From: Octopus vulgaris
Taxonomy: Eukaryota
NCBI GenBank assembly: GCA_951406725.2
Contig: OX597827.1
Location: 42,904,001 to 42,968,000, forward strand
Direction of reading: 5' to 3'
DNA: 64,000 bases
The notes under the pieces were generated by a model. That model did no database searches, was not told the DNA's origin, and was given only the letters and a program-made list of their open reading frames with translations. Below are positions 55,302-64,000 of the stretch, piece by piece. Within the stretch, counting starts at the first letter, position 1; each line of letters starts with the position of its first letter. Position numbers and translations under genes: made by a program.

Positions 55302-55590
55302 CCTTATCCTTATCCTTATCTAGGGCTTCATCACTCCTGAAGAATGAACCCCTCCCTAAACTCATTCCACCGCTGTCTGTCTCTGTCCAGTCGTAGCGGT
55401 GAGATCATGTCGCCATCTTGTTTTTGTTCGCCCTCTTAATCTTGTCCATTCCGTCACCTTGAGTGTCCATCCGTTGCCCTTCAGTCGCACGATGTGCCCA
55501 GCACATCTATATTTCTGCTCAGCTATTACACTCTAATATTCTGTCAACCTATTTCCTCCAAATCCCAGCGTGCATATAACATACCATTCA
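55302..55590 (-). mobile_element. Decayed 3' end of a second RTE-family LINE
   Basis: KYRCAGHIVRLKGNGWTLKVTEW..RGRTKTRWRHDL..DRQRWNEFREGFILQE* with a (GATAAG)n tail. Confidence 0.75.
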
Positions 55591-55816
55591 CGTCTAATTA
55601 TTATTCTAGCTGCCTGAAAGAGTCTAGCTGTCACAACACAGTGGAAAATAATCCTTTACTACATCCAGACAGATCGGTTTTACGTCAAGATTTTTTTTCG
55701 AAACCACACTGTTATTCTGCTCGATATGGGGCGACCGAAACAGGGATATACTTCGTAAGCATGGTGAAGGAGCGAGAATGTGTTTTACCTGGCCTTGGTG
55801 ATTGCAACTATACTCT

Positions 55817-56212
55817 TTTAATCTTTTACTAATTTCAGTCATTTCACTGTGGCCATGCTGGAGCACCGCCTTTAGTCGAGCAAATCGATCCCAGGACTTA
55901 TTCTGTGTAAGCCTAGTACTTATTTTATTGGTCTCTTGTGCCGAACCGCTAAGTTACGGGGACGTAAACACACCAGAATCAGTTGTCAAGCGATGTTGGG
56001 GGGACAAACATAGACACAAACATTTACACACACATACTTATATATGCATACATATATACGACGGGCTTCTTTCAGTTTCCGTTTACCAAATTCACTCACA
56101 AGGCTCGAGAGTATAGTAGAAGACACTTGCCCAAGGTGCCACGCTGTGGGACTGAATCCAGAACCATGTGGTTGGTTAGCAAGCTACTTATCACATAGCC
56201 ACTCCCACGCCT
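55817..56212 (-). mobile_element. SINE family A
   Basis: Reverse match across its length. Confidence 0.85.
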
Positions 56213-56884
56213 AAATCAAAATACAAAACATATATGCATATATACATATACATACATCCGTGTGTGTGTATGTGTGTGTGTGTACGTGCGTATGTATGTG
56301 TGTGTGTGTGTACACGCACACACACACACACACACACACATCGTTAACTGAAGTCGTTAAGTGTGTGACTGCTTCAAAGCTGACTGCATACTACTTACAT
56401 TCAGGCTAATATTTCTTAGTACGGCCATGCTACGAGGAAGAATTGACAAAGGTCACTCGCCTTGGTTTCGAAAAACGGATAATCTGCTCTTCATGATGGA
56501 GTGTTCTTGAAAATCGTTTTTTCCAGCGACGTTTTCGCTTCGTAAAATTCCCACGTCGCGTGGGAATTTCTCGCGAAACGTACGCTAGGCTTCCAGGAAC
56601 GTTTCATCAACACGCTTTTGGTACTTGACCTGTATAGGCGGGGGATTTCAATACCGCATCTGTTTTAAATTTCAATTGGCCTTTCAATCAAATCACTATT
56701 GCTATCGTTTTCAGACTTGTAGGGTGGGCTAGGTTGATGCGCTTTTAGCTGCCTTTGATGTGTCTTGTCATTGTCTGTTGTTGTGTTTCCTGTCATTGCT
56801 TTTGTTGTTTCATTTGTTGCGGTTTCGATCTTAGCAGTTACAATTTATTTATTCATTTGTTTATTTATTTATTTATTTATTTAT

Positions 56885-56916
<32 letters not shown>

Positions 56917-56919
<3 letters not shown>

Positions 56920-57073
56920 AACCGAAACATATGTTTCTAACGCGGTAAATGCCTTATCATCAGAATGCAACAATGGTTTGCCTTATATAACTTGATAGTA
57001 TTTTAAGTAACTTATATAAGAAGTTTGTTACTTAGTCAGGCAACAGATAAATGTCTAATTAGGTGATTTTATT
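56917..57073. repeat. 157-bp direct duplicate of 54135-54291
   Basis: 3 mismatches; offset 2782 bp. Confidence 0.9.
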
Positions 57074-57076
57074 CTA

Positions 57077-57385
57077 TGCATGGCTCAGTGGTTAGAGCAT
57101 CGCACTCACAGTCATGAGGTAATGAGTTCGATTCCCGGACCAGGCTGCGTGTTGTGTTCTTGAGCAAGCCCCTTTATTTCACGTTGCTCCTGTTGACTCA
57201 GCTGTCGTCACTGGCGCCAAGCTGTATCGGCCCTTGCCTTTCCCTTGGATAACATCAGTGGCGTGGAAAGGGCAAGCTTGTATATATAGGCGACTACTAG
57301 TCTTGTGACATAACAACCTTGCCCGGACTAGTGCCTCGGAGGGGAACAATCCCATGGCCATCCAAGAACGAAGGGGGTCTTTACC
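57077..57385 (+). mobile_element. SINE family C, tail type 1
   Basis: GCATGGCTCAGTGGTTAGAGC and GAGTTCGATTCCC boxes. Confidence 0.8.
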
Positions 57386-57771
57386 AGTTTGTTAGTTATG
57401 TTGGTGCTCTTGTTCTTTTTGTGGCTGGGTTTCTGGTTGACTGGTCAGTTAGTTTCCTGATACCCGATCAACCAGTCTTGTCTTCAGAATTGGACGAACA
57501 ACATTAACCATCGTCTCTTTCATTCCATAACGATTATGAGGCCGATTTCCCGGATTCTGTGGAGGTATATATTCCACACACACACTCCTTAAGTAGGATT
57601 ATTCATTTTTGCCAGCTAAACGGACCGAAGCAGCGTGGAATGGAGTGTTTTACTCAAGAACACTGCACATTGCTCGGTGTAAGAATCGAAACCATAACAA
57701 TGCGATGGTGAGTGCAAAGCCCTAACTATTTAGCGACGCACCTCCACGTTTTTACAATAACTTCCTATAGT

Positions 57772-57869
57772 ACATTATTTACATTATTTACATTTGACGG
57801 ATATTTGTCCTCATCATGCTTGTTGTTGACACAACGTTTCGGTTGATAAACCCTCCAGCCTTCTTCAGG
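57772..57869 (-). mobile_element. tRNA-headed HHR element, tail only (copy 3)
   Basis: CTGAAGAAGGCTGGAGGGTTTATCAACCGAAACGTTGTGTC...AATGTAAATAATGT. Confidence 0.75.
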
Positions 57870-58657
57870 CAAATTCGACGTCGGCGGAATTTGAACTTCA
57901 GAACGTAAAGATGAACAAAACGCTGCTAGGAATTTTTGTCTGGCGTGCTAGCGATTCGGCCAGCTCGCTGCCTTTTGCTACTCTATATATTAATGCCAAT
58001 ATCAACCACTGTAGGGATAATATTATTATAGGTAAGGAAGGCGGCGAGCTGGCAGAACCGTTAGCACGTCGGACGAAATGCTTAGCGGTATTTCGCCTGC
58101 CATTACGTTCTGAGTTCAAATTCCGCCGAGGTCGACTTTGCCTTCCATCCTTTCGGGGTCGATAAATTAAGTACCAGTTACGCACTGAGGTCGATGTAAT
58201 CGACTTAATACCTATGTCTGTCCTTGTTTGTTCCCTCTATGTTTAGCCCCTTGTGGGTAATAAAGAAATAGGTAATTCGTCTGCCGTTACGTTCTGAGTT
58301 GAAATTCCGCCGACGTCGACTTTGCCTTTCATCTTTTCGGGGTCGATAAATTAAGTACCAGTTACGCGCTAGGATTGATGTAATCGACTCATTCCCTTTG
58401 TCTGTCCTTGTCTGTCTCCTCTATGTTTAGCCCCTTGTGGGCAATAAAGAAATAGGGAACGTTAGTACGCTGGGCGAAATGCTTAGCGGTATTTCGTCTG
58501 TCTTTACGTTCTGAGATCAAATTCCACCGAGGTCGACTTTACCTTTCATCCTTTCGGGAGTCGATAAATTAAGTACCAGTTGCATACTGTGATCGATGTA
58601 ATCGACTGGCCTCCTCCCCCCAAATTTCAGGCCTTGTGCCTAGAGTAGAAAAGATTA
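57870..58657. mobile_element. SINE B head (minus strand, 57870-57975) and SINE B multimer (plus strand, 58039-58657)
   Basis: Matches to family B; ATTATTATAGGTAAGG / ATTATTACAGGTAGGG flank the multimer as a likely TSD. Confidence 0.8.
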
Positions 58658-59496
58658 TTACAGGTAGGGTGGTTCAGGTGTAATTGCTATTGTACTCGTC
58701 ATATTGTCGTTGTTGTTGATGTTTTTGCCGGAGTATTTCCTGTGGTGGGCGATTGAAGTTTCACTGACGTCACTGTCAGATGGTTTTGCTGGCCAAACCC
58801 ATGTCTCAGTCCTTTCCGCTTATTGCTTTCCTACAACAATGCACTCAGCTTTCTGGTCTGCATCTGCGCCAAAGACTCTCTTATTTCCACCATGTATTAT
58901 CTAATCGTAACAATTATTATTACTACATACGAAATGAATAAAATACCTGTACGCACGTCGCAAAGGGGGCGTCGTTTGTGTGACAGCTTTATAACGCCAA
59001 CACACCTGACTAGGCGCCACGCGCTCATTATGCTAACTGATATTGGCGGTGAAGTCAACTTCCGCTCTAACAGTTCTCAGTTTAAAAGACATAAATAACA
59101 AGGAGAATGTTGTTTGGTTGTTCATTATTTAACCCAGAAAACCATAAAAACAAGACCACTGACAGACATCAAGAAATAGCGTGAAAGCAATATATTATTA
59201 GCTATACACAATCTATATTCACGCATACATACACATGCGAGCGCACACGCGTGCACATAGTCCTATAGTCACACAGACACTTACACATATGCGCACAATA
59301 CACGCATTGATTATGCGTGATGTTACGTATTTAGGCTAAGTCGCCTTATTTGGATGTTCGAAGTTATGATGTCACTTTTGATATTATCGCTTTTGGGCTT
59401 ACGATAGAAGTGGGGTTCGAACTCCGAAGTTGATTCCAAAATCACACACACACGCACACACGCACACAAACATACATACATGTATTTATATGCATA

Positions 59497-59660
59497 TAGA
59501 TGCAGGTGTGAGTGTGCAGTAAGAAGTTTGCTTCCCAGTCACATATGGTTCTGGGTTCAGTCCCACTGCATGGCTTCCTCAGGCAAGTGTCTTTTACTAT
59601 AACCTCGGATCGACCCATGCCTTGTGAGAGGATTTAGTAGACGGAAACTGAAAGAAGCCT

Positions 59661-59701
<41 letters not shown>

Positions 59702-59810
59702 TACGTGTATGTATGTGTGTGTGTTTATGTTTATCCCCTTACCACCACCATCACTTGAAAACCATTGTTGGTACGTTTACATCCCCGTAACTTAACCGTT
59801 CGGCAAAAGT
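59497..59810 (+). mobile_element. Diverged SINE family A
   Basis: GGTTCTGGGTTCAGTCCCACTGC...GACGGAAACTGAAAGAAGCC. Confidence 0.7.
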
Positions 59811-60072
59811 GTGCCAACTTTTCAAAGAAAAAAAAGCAGAAAGAAATAATTTCCAGTCCCTGTCCCGGGATGGCCGTAGCCTAACAAACAATGATATATA
59901 TAAATATATACTTGTTATATATATATATATGTACACACACACATACATACATACAAGCACACATACATAATACGTACATACATACTACATACACACATAC
60001 ATACATACATGCATACACACACACATACATACATACATACATAATACATACATACTACATACATACACACAT

Positions 60073-60111
<39 letters not shown>

Positions 60112-60334
60112 ATAGCACTTATACATACACACATGATCAGCTACATGCTTATGTGTTTAAACGAATCTAAACAGGCGTTTATACTTCGTGTAACGTAGTT
60201 TGGAAATGAATTCGAATCAGGTTTTATCTTCTCATCCACATATCATATGTATATGTTCACACATGCATTCTTTTGGTTCAGAAAACCAGAAGAGAAATTC
60301 CATACATTTAACGCGTTGCGCTTTGTTTAAAGAT

Positions 60335-60438
60335 ATAAACATATATTGTTTAAAATATTAAAATTGTATTGTTTAAAATATAAACATGTATTGTTTAGAA
60401 ATATAAACATCTATTGTTTAGAAATATAAACATACATT
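60335..60438. repeat. AT-rich minisatellite, ~23-24 bp x 4
   Basis: TATAAACAT.TATTGTTTA(G)AAA units. Confidence 0.7.
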
Positions 60439-60532
60439 AAAATACGTTTGATCTTTTGTTAACAACCATCGTTAGTGAAAATGAATTTTTATTTATCTAC
60501 GTTGAAATGTACACGGGCACCCGTATGTGTAG

Positions 60533-60582
<50 letters not shown>

Positions 60583-61125
60583 CTGTCTATGTGTGCGATT
60601 GTGTATGTGTGTGCGAACAAACGCATGCATATTATATCTGTGATCCTGTTTGACTATGTATGTATGTGTGTATATATGTATGTGTGTGTGTGTGTGCCTT
60701 ATATGTGTGCGATTGTGCGAACGAACGCATGCATATATATATGTGATCTTGTTTGACTATGTATATATGTGTGTGTATCTGTGTGTATGTGTGTGTGTGT
60801 GTGTAGAAGTATATGTAAATATGTAAGTTTGCATGTGTGTTTGACTTATACGCGCATTCGTACTTATTACACACACCCACTTATATACACAAGTACATGC
60901 ATGTGTGTGCGCATGCGTGTTTGTGTGTGTTTGTGTGTGTGTGTGTACTTGTAATGTTTACGGCGCACTCATGGCCGTGTGGTTACGAAGTTTGCTTCAC
61001 GACCGCTTGGTTCCGTGTTCGATCCTGAGGTGCAATATATTCAACAAGTACTTTGCAATATATCCTCGAATTCATCAACATTTTCCGTGTGAAATTTAGT
61101 GGTGAAACCGTGGTAAGAACTGTGT

Positions 61126-61171
<46 letters not shown>

Positions 61172-61788
61172 CGCGTGCGTGTGTGTGAGAAGGAGAGACA
61201 GATAAATACAGGGAAGTGATTGTCTTATCTTTGATAGTACAAAGTATAGCAACGATGAATTTCAACGAGACAATCTCTCTCCTGCTCTCTTTCACTCTCT
61301 TTTCTGAGAGAAAGAGAGAGAGAGAGAGTGTGTGTGTGTGTATGTGTGTATATATGTGTGTGTATATATGTGTGTGTATGTGTGTGCAAGTGTGTGTGTA
61401 TATATGTGTGCGTATATGTGTGTATATATTATATATATGTGTGTGTGTGTGTGTATGTGTGTACGTGTGTGTGCATGTGTGTGCATGTGTGTGTATATAT
61501 GTGTGTGTATATGTGTGTGTAAGCTTGTGTGTATGTGTGTGTGCATGTGTGTGTATATATGTGCGTGTGTGTGTGTATATGTATGTGTGTGTGCATGTGT
61601 GTGCGTGTATATATGTGTGTGTGTATGATGCTGTTTATTACACCGGGTTGTCAAATAAATCCGATCGTTTTCTTTCTTTTTCCATTTATTTTAATAACTT
61701 TTTCCATGTGGTTTGAATCAACACGAAAAATATCTCTGTCGTAGCCCCGTCATCGTTCGATGACTAAATGCGATATTCAGCGGCTCAT

Positions 61789-62330
61789 CGTAAATAATGC
61801 ACGGGTTGTCAAGCGCTAAGCAGTGGTTTGCATAAATACAAACATCTTATTTGAAACCGTAAGAAAACCACCGAGTCATTTCACAGCGCTCTCTAACCAA
61901 ACGATTAAATGTTTGCATTTCGGAGCGGTTATCTCCTCTTCAGCAACAGAGACCGGAAAAGCAAACACTGCGAACTGACACGAGAGACAGGTCCCGCTTA
62001 CGATATTCCTGTCATTGTTCAATGACTGGTTATGTTAAGTGTTTTGCCGTAAATAAAATACGGAGTGACAAGCACAAGGCAGTGATTTAAACTCGTAACA
62101 AAGCCATTCATTATATTTTGTCACAAGGAAAATTTCTCACTGTGGGAAAATACGTGTATATGCACCGAGTCAGCTCACAGCGTCACCAAACCAGACTGGG
62201 GAATGCATGCATTTCGGAGTGATTATCTTCTCCTCAGTAGCAGAGACCGAAAAGGCAGGCGCTGCAAACTGATACGAGAAACAAGTCCCTCTAATAACAT
62301 TTCCAGCATCATTCAATGACTGGTTGCGCT
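61789..62330 (-). repeat. Diverged tandem dimer (~260-295 bp), each unit with an HHR-like core
   Basis: CACCGAGTCA at 61869 and 62163. Minus strand reads CTGAAGA-GGAG..CTCC-GAAATGCA and CTGAGGA-GAAG..CTCC-GAAATGCA. Confidence 0.65.
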
Positions 62331-62582
62331 ATTCAACATTTTTTTTATTTCAGCTCCATTCTTCCCCTACAACTTTTGTTTATCGTTTTTGATATTTGAA
62401 TAAATTTTTACCTCGGACATATGACGATATGTTGTCAAATTGAAAAAAGAAAACGAGCGAATTAATCTGACAACCCAGAATTTGTGATGAAATACTTTAT
62501 CCGTTTTGTTGAGGAAATCTGAGAGGTACGTGATTGACTCACAAGAAAACAGAAAGACTAACATAAAATATACACAGAAGCT

Positions 62583-62973
62583 TAGGAGTGGCTGTATGGT
62601 AATTAGCTTGCTTACCAGCCACATGGTTCCGGGTTCAGTCCCGCTGTGTGGCACCTTGGGCAAGTGTCTTCTACTATAGCCTCGGGCCGTCGTATATATG
62701 TATATATATATGTGTGTATGTGTGTGTGTGTGTGCGTGTGTGTGTATGTGTGTGTGCGTGTGCTTGTGTGTCTGAGTTTGTCCCCCAACATCGCTTCACA
62801 ACCGATGCTGGTGTGTTTAGGTCCCCGTAACCCAGCGGTTCGGCAAAAGATACCGATAGAATAAGTACTAGGCTTACAAAGAATAAGTCCTGGGGTCGAT
62901 TTGCTCGACTAAAAGGCGTTGCTCCAGCATGGCCACAGTCAAATGACTGAAACAAGTAAAAGAGTAAAAGAAA
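62583..62973 (+). mobile_element. SINE family A
   Basis: Head-to-tail match with an internal deletion. Confidence 0.85.
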
Positions 62974-63145
62974 GAGAGACTGCAAAACCATAGAGTTCTC
63001 TGCAAACAATGTAACATTGCCCGCAACATATCTGGTGTTCTGGTACTTACACATATATTAAGGTTATTTGCTGGACGAAAGACAAGATCAGGGCCATTGA
63101 GGTGAGAACTCGAAATCTATTCAATACCATAAGAATTTTCCACAT

Positions 63146-63360
63146 GTCTGTATGGTTAAGAAGCTGGCTTTGCAACCAAATGGTTCCTGATTCAGTCCCT
63201 CGACGCGGCACCTTGAGCAAATGTCTTCTACAATAATCCCGGTCGGCCAATGCCTTGTGAATGAGTTTGGGAGTTCTTCGTGCGTGTATTACTGCGTATA
63301 TGAGTGTGTATGTATGTATGTATGTATGTATGTATGTATGTATGTATGTATGTATGCATG

Positions 63361-63394
<34 letters not shown>

Positions 63395-63690
63395 TGTATG
63401 TATGTATGTATGTATGTGTGTGTGCGTGCGTGTGTGTGTGTTTGCGTCAGTACTTGTGTATGTATATGTGTGTGGGTCTTTGTGTTTGTGTCTTTGCCAC
63501 CGCTTGATAACCGGTGATGGTTTGTTTATATTCACGTAATTTAGCGGTTCGACAAAAGTGATTTGCAGAAAAATGGAATTCACCAAATTTGAAAATAAGC
63601 AGCGGAGGTCGATTTGTTCCACTAACTCCTTCAGGAACAGAGCTCCAGTATGGCCTCATTTCAATGAATGAAATACATAAAATGATTAAA
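63146..63690 (+). mobile_element. Old SINE family A copy with an expanded (TATG)n
   Basis: Degenerate head, CACCTTGAGCAAATGTCTTCTAC and tail GCTCCAGTATGGCC. Confidence 0.7.
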
Positions 63691-63966
63691 AAGTAAAGAT
63701 TAATGTTTCTGACGACCTGTACGTGAAACTGAAAGCAAGGAAGCAAGCTTTAAACATCAATTCAGACTGTCTTCAAATGTCACAATATGTCGCTTCGATA
63801 TCCTCGAATAACCAACAAACGTGGAAGTCGAGCCATGGATAAACTCGGTATATGAGGAATAAACACATTACACACGCACACACACAAAACAATATGATAC
63901 AAATGCGCGCGCGTGTGTGTGTGTATGAGTGTTCTTTAATTAGCTTCAACCATGTGGTTGCGGTAT

Positions 63967-64000
63967 GTGGAGGCGCGTGGCTTAGTGGTTAGGGTGCCAG
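63967..64000 (+). mobile_element. SINE family C head, cut by the window edge
   Basis: GTGGAGGCGCGTGGCTTAGTGGTTAGGGTG. Confidence 0.75.

Noticed and set aside
56925-56966. CTGATGA...GAAACATATGTT hammerhead-like string on the minus strand (also at ~54143-54184)
   Set aside because: Stem I cannot form, and the sequence is explained as Gypsy RT codons (HSDDKAFTALET).
61639-61780. Possible mariner TIR (TACACCGGGTTGTCAAATAAA)
   Set aside because: No partner TIR or transposase remnant that I could confirm.

Overview
AT-rich animal genomic DNA, saturated with microsatellites and repeats, with no host protein-coding gene I can support. The SINE families and the (TA/CA/TACA/AAT)n density point to a cephalopod, most likely Octopus; this rests on recall, not a database search. 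Nearly every entry in the ORF track is a simple-repeat artefact. Identifiable content: dozens of copies of three tRNA-derived SINE families (labelled A, B and C here); fragments of R4/Dong, RTE, Ty3/Gypsy and Tc1/mariner elements; a 448-bp MITE with 29-bp TIRs and an 8-bp TSD; a tRNA-Asn pseudogene; and a (TAA)n-targeting non-coding retroposon (element X). The main hidden theme is more than 15 hammerhead-ribozyme (HHR) or HHR-like motifs from many different sequence families. They lie in short Penelope-like or retrozyme-like elements, usually inside microsatellites and often as fold-backs. One family carries a tRNA-like Pol III head fused to the HHR tail. A second highlight is a probable 5.6-kb inversion (28.4-34.0 kb) that splits an R4/Dong LINE and has a 32-bp inverted duplication at the breakpoints. 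All coordinates and pairings were read by eye, so element boundaries are approximate.
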